Shown here in pieces: positions 1 to 8,818 of a DNA stretch of 59,036 bases (position 1 is the first letter of the stretch; each line of letters begins with the position of its first letter). The stretch lies in assembly GCA_034666665.1 (NCBI GenBank), contig JAXDLK010000005.1, positions 1 to 59,036 on the forward strand. Direction: 5' to 3'. Source of the DNA: Candidatus Binatota bacterium. Lineage in GTDB: Bacteria; Desulfobacterota; Binatia; JACPRU01. Both the position numbers and the translations under genes were made by a program. Below the pieces are notes generated by a model. It made no database searches, was not told the origin of the DNA, and saw only the letters and a program-made list of their open reading frames with translations.

Positions 1-376
1 TCCGGCCGGCGACCACGAGCTCCAGCCACGCGTAGAAGGTGGGCCCCGAGAAGATCGCCCACAGAAGGTCGACGGCTGCCTCCGCTCGGTCCACGGCGGG
101 CGGAAGCTTGGCCATCGCCGTGCGGAATTCCTGGTTGCGGCGCTGGAAGAGGTGCTCGACGGCCGTGGTCACCAGCTCCGCTTTGGTGGGAAAATGGTGA
201 AGTTGGGCGCCGCGGGACACGCCCGCACGCTCCGCAATCACCGTCGTCGTCGTGCCGGCATAGCCGAGCTCCGCGAGGGAATCGATCGTCGCATCGAGGA
301 GCCGGGAACGCGTGCTGGCGCTGCGCTCCCCCTGAGTGCGTCGGATCTTCGGAAGGGCGGCGACGATTCCGGGCAT
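1..376 (-). CDS. TetR/AcrR family transcriptional regulator (C-terminus runs off the window)
   Basis: Absent from the ORF track because it is open at the window edge. Manual translation from ATG at 376..374 gives MPGIVAALPKIRRTQGERSASTRSRLLDATIDSLAELGYAGTTTTVIAERAGVSRGAQLHHFPTKAELVTTAVEHLF..., a canonical TetR N-terminal HTH. Third-position GC is high. Confidence 0.8.
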   Translation of the reverse strand, partial: MPGIVAALPKIRRTQGERSASTRSRLLDATIDSLAELGYAGTTTTVIAERAGVSRGAQLHHFPTKAELVTTAVEHLFQRRNQEFRTAMAKLPPAVDRAEAAVDLLWAIFSGPTFYAWLELVVAGR

Positions 377-532
377 CGATCATTCGATACCCACACAGCG
401 AAAAACAGTCAATCCTGAATGTTAGCGTAGCCGCATGTTCATCTCGCGAGGGACCTCCCCAGCGGGGGACAATCACCGATTACCATCAGGACTTTCCCGC
501 GAGAAATTTCTGGACAACCCGCACAACCAATG

Positions 533-584
533 TTGACTTCGAATGTTCATTCGACTAAATACTCATCAACCGAATTGTGATTCG
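533..584 (+). promoter_or_regulatory. Sigma-70-like promoter (TTGACT-N17-TAAATA) overlaid by palindromic operator candidates
   Basis: TTGACT at 533-538, a 17-nt spacer, then TAAATA at 556-561. The spacer is a perfect 7-2-7 palindrome, TCGAATG TT CATTCGA (539-554). A second palindrome, CGAAT-N4-ATTCG, lies at 571-584. The region is a locally low-GC island between divergent genes. Confidence 0.4.
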
Positions 585-681
585 AAATCCGGCGCATGAC
601 CCGAACGTAGGTTCTGGCCGCCGGACGGTCGACTGGGTCGTGGCGGGGCGCCTGATCCTGTCGACGAACAGGAGGACGACG

Positions 682-1050
682 ATGCCATCTCGTTCGGGTG
701 CTGCAGCTTGGGATACGAGCTCGTTGATGACGCCGGAGACCGTTCTCCCGGATCAGTACCAGGAGAAGCCGGATCCGCGTCGCGCCGGCGAAGTGGGCCT
801 GCTGTGGGCCATCTTCGTCGACGGCGTTCGAATCTACTGTCGCGAGATCATTCGCGGCACGATATCGAGCCCGGACTATCGCGAGGCCGAGCGCTGGGTA
901 TTTCGCTCCGGGAACGGGCTGACGTCGTTCGCGACGCTCTGCTCGGTCTTCGAGATCGACTCCCGCCGCCTGCGGCGCCAGCTTCTCGAGTTCCGTGATC
1001 GCCCGCAGGTCGGGCTGACGGAGCTCCTCGAGCAGCAGGTCGCCGCCTAG
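682..1050 (+). CDS. Hypothetical small protein (122 aa)
   Basis: ATG at 682 lies 6 nt after AGGAGG (aacAGGAGGacgacgATG). It is in frame with track ORF 577..1050. GC3 is high. I recognise no family. Confidence 0.55.
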   Translation: MPSRSGAAAWDTSSLMTPETVLPDQYQEKPDPRRAGEVGLLWAIFVDGVRIYCREIIRGTISSPDYREAERWVFRSGNGLTSFATLCSVFEIDSRRLRRQLLEFRDRPQVGLTELLEQQVAA

Positions 1051-1086
1051 TCGCGCCGTTCCCGCGGCGTTTCGCGACCGACCCGC

Positions 1087-2277
1087 TCAGGCGCGGGTCC
1101 CGACCAGCTTACGGAAGGCGTCGGTGATGCCGTCGACGCTGAGCGCGTACATCGGAAAGAGGCGTCGTACGATGCGCGTCGTGTGCCACTGATCCCAGCC
1201 CTCCTCCGGGTCGGGATTCACCCACACCGCTCGATCGAAGTGCTCGGCGATCCGCCGGAGCCACACGATCCCCGGCGTCGGTGTCGTCACCCGCGGATCG
1301 ATCCCTCCGTACGGGTCGAGCAGCTCCACCGGGTGCATCGCGCCGTCTCCGACCACCAGGACCTTCCAGTGCGCGTCGAGTCTCCGCAGGACGTCGCCGG
1401 TGGAGATCGCATCCGCACGTGTCATTCTCGCGCTCGTGTAGAGATGGTCGTATACGCAGTTGTGGAAGTAGTAGGGCTCGAGCGCGCGCAGGCCGTGATC
1501 GTCGTGCAGGGCGGTCAGCAGCTGGCTGACCGGCTCGAAGTGCGGATCCATCGTGCCGCCGACGTCCATCAGCAGCAGGAGACGGACGTCGTTCCGGCGG
1601 GGGGGACGAAAGACGATCTCGATCTCCCCGGCATTCTTGCAGGTCTCGTCGACGGTACGATCGAGGTCGAGCTCCGTCGGATCGCCGAGGCGAGTGAGGC
1701 TGCGTAGGCGCCGGAGCGCCACACGAAGGCTTCTCACGTCGAGGGCGAGATCGGTCCGGTAATTCCGGTATCGGCGCTCCTCGGCCACCTTCATCGCCGA
1801 CCGGTTGCGCCCCGGCCCACCGACGCGGATGCCCGTCGGATGGCGGCCGCCGTGGCCGAACGGCGAGCGCCCGCCGGTGCCGACCCATCGGTCTCCGCCG
1901 TCGTGCCGTTCCGTCTGCTTCTCGAGCGTCTCGAGAAATTTCCGCATGAGCTCGTCGGACGAGAGGCGCTGCAGCGCCGCGAGCTGCTCCGGGGTGAGAT
2001 CGGGCAGGTTCTTTGGCTCGCGTAGCCATTCGAGGATCTCGCTGGTGATCTCCTCTCCGAGCGCGCCTTCGATTCCGCGAAACACGCGAGCGAAGACGCG
2101 ATCGTACGCGTCGAAATAGGTCTCGCTCTTCACCAGGCAGGCGCGTCCGAGGTTGTAGAACCGGAGCAGCGCCGAGCCGTGCAGGCCCTGTTCGACCGCG
2201 GTCAGAAACGTCCGCCACTCCTGGGGAGAGACGGGAACGCCCTCCTCACGAAGGCCGTAGAAGAGATCGAGGAACAT
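1087..2277 (-). CDS. VWA domain-containing protein, CoxE-like
   Basis: The N-terminus MFLDLFYGLREEGVPVSPQEW..FYNLGRACLVKSETYFDAYDRVF is typical of CoxE-type VWA proteins. The C-terminal VWA core reads LLLLMDVGGTMDP. It sits 11 nt downstream of a MoxR ATPase gene. Confidence 0.85.
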   Translation of the reverse strand: MFLDLFYGLREEGVPVSPQEWRTFLTAVEQGLHGSALLRFYNLGRACLVKSETYFDAYDRVFARVFRGIEGALGEEITSEILEWLREPKNLPDLTPEQLAALQRLSSDELMRKFLETLEKQTERHDGGDRWVGTGGRSPFGHGGRHPTGIRVGGPGRNRSAMKVAEERRYRNYRTDLALDVRSLRVALRRLRSLTRLGDPTELDLDRTVDETCKNAGEIEIVFRPPRRNDVRLLLLMDVGGTMDPHFEPVSQLLTALHDDHGLRALEPYYFHNCVYDHLYTSARMTRADAISTGDVLRRLDAHWKVLVVGDGAMHPVELLDPYGGIDPRVTTPTPGIVWLRRIAEHFDRAVWVNPDPEEGWDQWHTTRIVRRLFPMYALSVDGITDAFRKLVGTRA

Positions 2278-2288
2278 GGAAGCTCAGC

Positions 2289-3170
2289 TCACTGGTTGTA
2301 ACGCGGCCCGAGCTCGGCCCAGCGCCGCGGCATCTTGCCGCCCGCGGACGCGAAGCGGTCCACGGCGTCCACGTCCTGTTCCTTCTTCAGCAGCGCCCCC
2401 AGGAACGGGATGTGCTCCTCGATCTTGTCGAGCGGCATGCCGGATCGCACCAGCGCGGCGATCCAGTCGACGAGCTCCGACGTCGAAGGCTTCTTTCTGA
2501 GCTCGTTCTGCTCCCGCAGCCAATAGAACTTGATCAGCACCTGATCGAGAAGCTTGGCGTCGAGATGAGGATGGTGAACCGCGATGATCCTGCGCATCAG
2601 GGCCACGTCGGGGAACTCGATGAAGTGGAAGATGCAGCGGCGCAGGAAAGCGTCCGGGAGCTCCTTTTCGTTGTTCGACGTGACGATGACGATCGGCCGC
2701 AGCCGCGCGACGATTTCCTCGCCGGTCTCGACGATCGTGAACCGCATCTCGTCGAGCTCGCGGAGAAGGTCGTTCGGGAACTCGAGATCGGCCTTGTCGA
2801 CCTCGTCGATCAGCAGTATGTGGCGCTCGTCTGCCGCGAACGTCCGCCCGAGCGGGCCGAGCCTGATGTAGCGGCCGATGTCCGACACCTGCCCGGTTCC
2901 GAAACGGCTGTCGTTCAAACGCTGCACGGTGTCGTAGACGTAGAGGCCGTCGGCCGCTTTCGTCGTCGACTTGATGTGCCAGGAGAGGATCGGAAGGCCG
3001 ACTCCGTCGGCGACGTGGCGGGCGAGCACCGTCTTTCCGGTTCCCGGCTCCCCCTTCAACAGGAGGGGGCGCTCGAGCGCGATCGCGCAGTTCACCGCGT
3101 CGACCAGCGGACCGGAGGCGATGTAGCCGGGGGTGCCCTGAAATCGAACGAAACCGTTTCCCTTGCTCAT
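2289..3170 (-). CDS. MoxR-like AAA+ ATPase (CoxD-like)
   Basis: Walker A is LLLKGEPGTGKT and Walker B is ILLIDEVDKA, followed by TSNNEKELPDAFLRRC. The start is set at ATG 3170 (MSKGNGFVRF). The upstream 41 codons of the track ORF look non-coding. Confidence 0.9.
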   Translation of the reverse strand: MSKGNGFVRFQGTPGYIASGPLVDAVNCAIALERPLLLKGEPGTGKTVLARHVADGVGLPILSWHIKSTTKAADGLYVYDTVQRLNDSRFGTGQVSDIGRYIRLGPLGRTFAADERHILLIDEVDKADLEFPNDLLRELDEMRFTIVETGEEIVARLRPIVIVTSNNEKELPDAFLRRCIFHFIEFPDVALMRRIIAVHHPHLDAKLLDQVLIKFYWLREQNELRKKPSTSELVDWIAALVRSGMPLDKIEEHIPFLGALLKKEQDVDAVDRFASAGGKMPRRWAELGPRYNQ

Positions 3171-3276
3171 GGCGTCCTGAATTAACGGGAGACGCCGGGA
3201 GAGGGAAGCCAGGGATTCACCCGGACGGCAGCATCCCCCGATCTCCGCCGACGCCACACAGCCGCGAAGGAGCCGC

Positions 3277-4398
3277 ATGAGAATCGGCGTCATCCCCGAA
3301 AATCCGGTCGAGTGGGCAGCAAGCGCTCTCGGCTACGTGCCGCGTCCCCTGCTCGAGACCATCCATCCGATGTTCCTTGCGCGGGCGATCATGGCGGGCG
3401 TCCGCCTCGGCGTATTCGAATATCTCGCGGTGAAGGGGCTCCGTACTCCGGAAGAGATCGCGGCGGATCTCCAGCTCCATGGCGTCGCCGTCGGGTTCTT
3501 GACCCGCGCCCTCGAGGCTCGCGGATATCTCCGCGAATCGGATGGGCGCTTCGGCAATACGCCGCTGACCGAACGATTCTTGCTGCGCGGCTCGCGACAC
3601 TCCGTCGCAGATCTCGTCGACTTCAACTACGATCAGTGGCAGATCTGGTCGGGCATCGAGAACACGATCCGCACGGGCGAGCAGCTCGACGTCTACGCGA
3701 TGCTGGCGGCTGGGACGCCGCCGGGGCCGGATGCTCCGACGGCGCTCCACCGCTTTCACGAGTACGCCCGGGAGGCAGGCGGTCCCGATGTCGTCCTCGA
3801 GCGGTCGACCCGCGGCCTCCGCGACCTCGCTCGCCTTCAGGAGGACGAGCTCTACCTTCGCCTGTGGCTACCAAGCTCGATTCGTTCGCTGCTGGACGTG
3901 GCCGGCGGCCACGGCGGTTATTCGGTCGCCTTCTGCCGGAGATATCCGGAGCTGACCGCCACCGTGATCGAGCTTTCCGAGACCGTGAAGATCGGCAGGA
4001 AGATCGTCGAGGAGGAAGGGCTTTCGGACCGCGTCCGGTTCGTCGAGGGCGACGCCACCACGATTCCTCTTGGTGGCCCCCATGACGTGGCCTTCTTCTT
4101 CAATCTCGCCCACCACCTGCCGGAGGACGAGAACCGCGCCATGTTCCGCCGGATCGCGGAGGTGCTGCGGCCCGGAGCAGCGATCGTCGTGATGGAGATG
4201 TTCGGCGATCTCGCCTCCGCCGACCAGTTCATGGTGGCGGCGTTCGGTCTCTACTTTCAACGGACCAGCGGCGCTCGCACCTACACGTCGAGGACGATCG
4301 CGGGGTGGCTGGAGGCGACCGGTTACCAGCGCGTCTGGACCAGCCCGTTACGATCTTCGGGCGGAATATCCGGGATCGTCGTCGGCCGGCGCGGCTGA
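3277..4398 (+). CDS. SAM-dependent O-methyltransferase (class I, with N-terminal dimerisation/winged-helix region)
   Basis: SAM motif I is LLDVAGGHGGYSVAF. Further motifs are RVRFVEGDATT and GAAIVVMEMF. The N-terminal helix-rich region resembles that of family-2 OMTs. Confidence 0.85.
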   Translation: MRIGVIPENPVEWAASALGYVPRPLLETIHPMFLARAIMAGVRLGVFEYLAVKGLRTPEEIAADLQLHGVAVGFLTRALEARGYLRESDGRFGNTPLTERFLLRGSRHSVADLVDFNYDQWQIWSGIENTIRTGEQLDVYAMLAAGTPPGPDAPTALHRFHEYAREAGGPDVVLERSTRGLRDLARLQEDELYLRLWLPSSIRSLLDVAGGHGGYSVAFCRRYPELTATVIELSETVKIGRKIVEEEGLSDRVRFVEGDATTIPLGGPHDVAFFFNLAHHLPEDENRAMFRRIAEVLRPGAAIVVMEMFGDLASADQFMVAAFGLYFQRTSGARTYTSRTIAGWLEATGYQRVWTSPLRSSGGISGIVVGRRG

Positions 4399-4717
4399 GC
4401 GCGCGTCAGGGGAGATTCGGCGGTGGCACCGCCCCGAAGGCCCCGAAGAGCCAGAGCAGGAAGAACGCCATCGAAGCGGACTGGAGAACCTGCATCCCGA
4501 GCTCGCTCGCCGGCCTGCCGGCCACTACACCGTGCCTCGACAGCATCGCTGAAACCCCCCGTTGGCTGCTCATGCTCACATATCCAAGCAAAGGGTGGGC
4601 CAGGGGTTTAAGTGCCGCTAACCACCTGAAATCACAAGGCTCCGCGGCAGACTAAGGGTTTTCCCCTATGCAAAGTCTTTCCAGAACGAAAAGTCTTGCA
4701 GAGGCCGGATGGAACAT

Positions 4718-5557
4718 TCATCGGACACGAGTCGTGTCTCCATAAACGTTCATGGTCGATCCCCGGAGGAACCCGACCAGCGTCATGCTCGCCGATCGAG
4801 CGAGGTCGATCGCCAACGACGACGGAGCGGATACGGCGGCGATCACCGGTATCCGCGCGGCGAGCGCCTTTTGGACGATCTCGTAGGAAACTCGACCCGA
4901 CACCATCAGGATGTGTCCCGCGAGGGGGAGCCGGCGGTCACCCGCCGCCCATCCGATGACCTTGTCGACCGCGTTGTGTCTACCGACGTCCTCGCGGATG
5001 ACGAGCATGTCCCCCGATCCGTCGAAGAGCGCCGCCGCATGCAGCCCACCGGTCGCTGAGAACGCGGCCTGGGACTGCCGGAGGAGATGCGGCAGCCGCG
5101 GGAACACGGTCACGTCCACCGGTGTCGAATCGGCCAGCGGCAGGGAGTTGCGGAGCACTCGTTCGATCGTCGCCTTGCCGCAGATGCCGCAGCTCGAGGT
5201 GGCGTAGAGGTTCCTCCTGAAGCGCTCGAGGTCCAGCGTCACGCCGGCTCGGAGCCGTACCTGAACGATGTTGTCGACGGCATCCGGATCGGGAGCGACG
5301 CTGCAGTGTGCGATCGACTCCACCTCGGCGAGGTCGCGGACGATGCCCTCGGTCATGAGAAAGCCCCGGACGAGGTCCTCGTCGTTTCCCGGAGTGCGCA
5401 TGACGACGGCGAGCGAAGCGCCGGCGATTCGAATCTCCAGGGGCTCCTCGCGAGCGACGACGTCCTCTCGGAGCGTACGCTGGCCCCCGTCGATGCGCAG
5501 GAGCGAGACCGAGTGTGTGAGATCCTCGTCGTCGGCCACAGGCGAACCGGCCGTCAT
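4718..5557 (-). CDS. fdhD: Formate dehydrogenase accessory sulfurtransferase FdhD
   Basis: Motifs seen: SSCGICGK, GGLHAAALF, EDVGRHNAVDKVIGW and SGRVSYEIVQKA. Confidence 0.9.
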   Translation of the reverse strand: MTAGSPVADDEDLTHSVSLLRIDGGQRTLREDVVAREEPLEIRIAGASLAVVMRTPGNDEDLVRGFLMTEGIVRDLAEVESIAHCSVAPDPDAVDNIVQVRLRAGVTLDLERFRRNLYATSSCGICGKATIERVLRNSLPLADSTPVDVTVFPRLPHLLRQSQAAFSATGGLHAAALFDGSGDMLVIREDVGRHNAVDKVIGWAAGDRRLPLAGHILMVSGRVSYEIVQKALAARIPVIAAVSAPSSLAIDLARSASMTLVGFLRGSTMNVYGDTTRVR

Positions 5558-5686
5558 CGCCGCCCCGTCTTCGGGCGGCCCGCCCCCACCGTCGTGCTTG
5601 CGATCCAGCGGTACCTCCTGACTTCGTCCACAGCGGGCGCTGGTGGTGTATACGCGCGCCCTGGGACGGGCTAGGGGAATCCCCGC

Positions 5687-6496
5687 GTGGCAGCCCGTTT
5701 CGATCTACCGAGTGAGCACCCGCACGTTGCGGTCGTCACCATCGAACGGCCGGAGCGGGCGAACGCGCTCGACCCGCCGACCCTCCGCGAGCTCGCGGCC
5801 GCTTGGCGCCGGGCTGCGGCCGACGACGACGTCCGCTGCGTCGTTTTGACGGGTGCGGGGGACCGGGTCTTTTGCTCCGGAATGGACATGACGACCACCA
5901 TCCCCGCGGCGCAGCGGCTGGCGAGGGGAGAGCGCGTCTCGGAGGACGAGTTCGAGGGGCTTCGCAGCGTGGCGACGGCGATGCTCGCCGGGTTCGACGT
6001 CGGCAAACCGATCGTTTGCGCCGTCAACGGCCACGCGCGTGGTGCGGGGTTCGACCTGATGCTCGCGACGGATCTTCGCTTTGCTGCGCCGCAGTCGACG
6101 TTCGCGCTCGAGGAGGTCGCGCGCGGACTGTACCCGACGGGGAATGCGACGGTCCTGCTGCCGCGGCAGATTCCGTGGGTGCACGCACAAGATCTGCTGT
6201 TGACCGCCCGGGCCATCTCCGCCGAGCGCGCCGCGGAGATTGGCCTCGTGAACGGCGTCGTCGCCGCCGGTGAGCTACTCGCGGTCGCGCTCGAAAGGGC
6301 AAGCGCGATTGCAGCGAACGCTCCACTCGCCGTGCGGGAGACGCGGCGGGGCGTTCGCGCGCTCCTCCACCTTCCGCTGGAGGAAGCGTATCGGAAGCAG
6401 GAGGAACTGGGGCGGCGCCTGCGGTCGACGGAGGACGCGCGCGAGGGCCAGCGCGCCTTCGTCGAGAAACGCGCGCCCGTGTGGCAGGGGCGGTGA
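5687..6496 (+). CDS. Enoyl-CoA hydratase/isomerase (crotonase) family protein
   Basis: GTG start. Motifs seen: RPERANALD, VLTGAGDRVFCSGMD, AVNGHARGAGFDL and EGQRAFVEKRAPVW. Confidence 0.9.
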   Translation: MAARFDLPSEHPHVAVVTIERPERANALDPPTLRELAAAWRRAAADDDVRCVVLTGAGDRVFCSGMDMTTTIPAAQRLARGERVSEDEFEGLRSVATAMLAGFDVGKPIVCAVNGHARGAGFDLMLATDLRFAAPQSTFALEEVARGLYPTGNATVLLPRQIPWVHAQDLLLTARAISAERAAEIGLVNGVVAAGELLAVALERASAIAANAPLAVRETRRGVRALLHLPLEEAYRKQEELGRRLRSTEDAREGQRAFVEKRAPVWQGR

Positions 6497-6498
6497 CC

Positions 6499-7422
6499 AT
6501 GTCCGTCGCGACGAAGCCGGAATGGCTTCGTCGTTCGTTTCCGTGGGCGCAGAAGGAGATCCGCGTCAACGGGCGCTGCATGGCGTACGTGGACGAAGGC
6601 ACCGCCGATCAGCCCCCGGTCTTGCTCCTCCACGGGAATCCCGCGTGGGGCTACCTCTACCGTGACTTCGTCGAGCCGCTCTGCCGCGCCGGATATCGCG
6701 TCATCATTCCCGACTGGATCGGCAGCGGATATTCCGACCATCCGCGAGTCGATGCCGCGCTGACCCTGCCGCACCACGCCGCCGACCTGGTATCGCTTCT
6801 CGACCAGCTGGACCTCCGCGGCTTCGTGGTGGTCGCGCAGGACTGGGGAGGCCCTCAGGGTGTGGGCGCCGCTCTTCGACGGGTCGAGCGCCTTGCCGCC
6901 CTGATCCTGATGAACACGTGGCTCTTCACCGGATACGTCGGCAAGTTCCACTCTTCCCCACGGCCGTGGACGACGTGGCACGCGCCGATCATCGGACAGT
7001 TCTTCATGAAGCGCTGGAAGGTCCTGTCGCATCATGGTCCGTCCGCGACGAGCGTTCGCGGCATGACGGCGGAGGAAGCGCGCGCCTATCACCACGTCTT
7101 CGACGAGGCCGATTCCGATCACGTGGTACTCACTTGGCCGCGCACGATCCCGCGCGCTGCGGGTGACCGCGGGTGGGCCGACATGAAGGCGATCGAAGAA
7201 CGCCTCGGGGAGCTGAGCGGTGTCCCGACGCTTCTCCTATGGGCCCCGGAGGACGAGGTCTTCCCCCTCGAGTACGCGGAGCGCTTGAAGGAGCTTCTGC
7301 CACATGCGGAAGGCCCGCTGCTCTTCGACCGCGCGCGCCACTTCCTGCAGGACGATCGCGGGCCGGACATCGCACCCGCGATCGTCGAGTTCCTGAAGCG
7401 GAGCCTTCCGGCGAAATCATGA
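6499..7422 (+). CDS. Alpha/beta hydrolase, haloalkane dehalogenase family
   Basis: Motifs seen: LLLHGNPAWGYLYR, the nucleophile elbow VAQDWGG, and the C-terminal ARHFLQDD. ATG 6499 lies 2 nt after the crotonase stop. A GTG at 6481 is also possible. Confidence 0.85.
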   Translation: MSVATKPEWLRRSFPWAQKEIRVNGRCMAYVDEGTADQPPVLLLHGNPAWGYLYRDFVEPLCRAGYRVIIPDWIGSGYSDHPRVDAALTLPHHAADLVSLLDQLDLRGFVVVAQDWGGPQGVGAALRRVERLAALILMNTWLFTGYVGKFHSSPRPWTTWHAPIIGQFFMKRWKVLSHHGPSATSVRGMTAEEARAYHHVFDEADSDHVVLTWPRTIPRAAGDRGWADMKAIEERLGELSGVPTLLLWAPEDEVFPLEYAERLKELLPHAEGPLLFDRARHFLQDDRGPDIAPAIVEFLKRSLPAKS

Positions 7423-8669
7423 TCTTCTTCGAGCCGCCGGCGGACGAGCTGAGCCTCCTCAGAGCCGATCCCCTGTTGTGGGAACAGGAGCTCGACGTAC
7501 GTCCGGAGGTCGCGGAGGCGATCGAGAAGGCGACCGGCAAGCGCGCCGGCCGCGTGTGGTGGCGATCGGGAAACGATCACCTGTACGCGCTCGAGCTCGC
7601 CGACCTGGGCCGAGGCCGTCCCTCGATGGCGATCGTCCACGGCTTCTGGGAGCGCTGGGAGCCACGCCCGCCGGAGCACGAGATCGACGCGGACCTGCTG
7701 GATCTCTCGCTCTGGGTCGCCGAGGTGAGCGACGGAATCGACCCCGCAGACGTCCATCGCGTCGCCAAGCACGCCGGCCTACGGACCACCTGGCCGGCCG
7801 ATCTCGTCCTTCGCACCCCGGACGAGCGCTTCCGTGACCTTCCCGATTTCGCCTGGGAGCCGCGCTTCATCGACGTCGAGGGCCTGCGCATGGCGTACGT
7901 CGAGGATGGCGCCGGCGATCCGATCCTGATGCTCCACGGCGAGCCGACGTGGGGCTTTCTCTACCGCTTCATGATCCCGCCCCTTGCGCAGGTTGGGCGC
8001 GTGGTGGTTCCCGACCTGATCGGCTTCGGCCGCTCCGACAAGCCACGGGTGGCGAACGCCTACACCTACCGAAGCCACGCCCGCTGGCTGAGGCGTTTCG
8101 TCGAGGCGCTCGACCTCCGCCAGGTCACGCTCCTCTGCCAGGACTGGGGCGGGCTCCTCGGCCTCCGGCTCCTGTCGCAGGTGCCGGAACGCTTTGCCCG
8201 CGTGGTGGCGATGAACACGGGGTTTCCGACCGGCGGCGACCCCGGAGCCGCGTTTCGCGTCTGGCGGCGATACGCCCTCGGGCAGAGCGCACTGGACGTT
8301 CCGGCGTTGATGAAGGCGACCGTGAAACGGCCGTCCTTCACCGACCACGAGGCTGCCGCTTACGGGGCGCCGTTCCCGTCGCCGGAGTACCAGACGGGCG
8401 CGCTGGCGTTCCCGAGGCTCGTGCCGATCCGTCCCGCCGACCTCGCCGCGTACGAGAATCGCCGCGCGGCGGCGGTGCTGCGGACGCTGGACGCTCCCGT
8501 GTTGCTTCCCTGGGCGGACGCGGATCCGATCACCGGGGCGTGGGAGCCCGGCCTCCGGTCGCTCTTCCGGAACGTGGCTCCACCGCTTCCGGTCCGTGGT
8601 GCCGGGCACTTCCTGCAAGAGGACGCGGGCGAAGAGATCGCCGGAGCGATCCGAAAGTGGCTCGCGTGA
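7419..8669 (+). CDS. Haloalkane dehalogenase, DhlA-like (HLD-I-like), with a ~125-aa N-terminal extension of unknown fold
   Basis: RTPDERFRDLPDFAWEPRFIDVEGLRMAYVEDG..LHGEPTWGFLYRFMIP..GFGRSDKP..CQDWGG..GAGHFLQED aligns by eye almost motif-for-motif with Xanthobacter DhlA. ATG 7419 overlaps the upstream stop (ATGA). The extension has coding-like GC3. Confidence 0.8.
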   Translation: MIFFEPPADELSLLRADPLLWEQELDVRPEVAEAIEKATGKRAGRVWWRSGNDHLYALELADLGRGRPSMAIVHGFWERWEPRPPEHEIDADLLDLSLWVAEVSDGIDPADVHRVAKHAGLRTTWPADLVLRTPDERFRDLPDFAWEPRFIDVEGLRMAYVEDGAGDPILMLHGEPTWGFLYRFMIPPLAQVGRVVVPDLIGFGRSDKPRVANAYTYRSHARWLRRFVEALDLRQVTLLCQDWGGLLGLRLLSQVPERFARVVAMNTGFPTGGDPGAAFRVWRRYALGQSALDVPALMKATVKRPSFTDHEAAAYGAPFPSPEYQTGALAFPRLVPIRPADLAAYENRRAAAVLRTLDAPVLLPWADADPITGAWEPGLRSLFRNVAPPLPVRGAGHFLQEDAGEEIAGAIRKWLA

Positions 8670-8818
8670 TCTCCTCGTGCACGGCCTACGCTCTCGGCGA
8701 AACGTTGCCATCGGCGGACGGGATCGCGGATCGATCGGCCCGCGGAATGGCGGCTTGACCGGTCGTCCGGCGTTCGCCATACGACCCGCAACCGCACCGG
8801 TCGCAACGGAGGAGCGCC

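Noticed and set aside
4724-4738. GACACG-agt-CGTGTC hairpin just inside the 3' end of fdhD.
   Set aside because: The stem is only 6 bp, it lies within coding sequence, and no U-tract follows. This is not enough to call a terminator.
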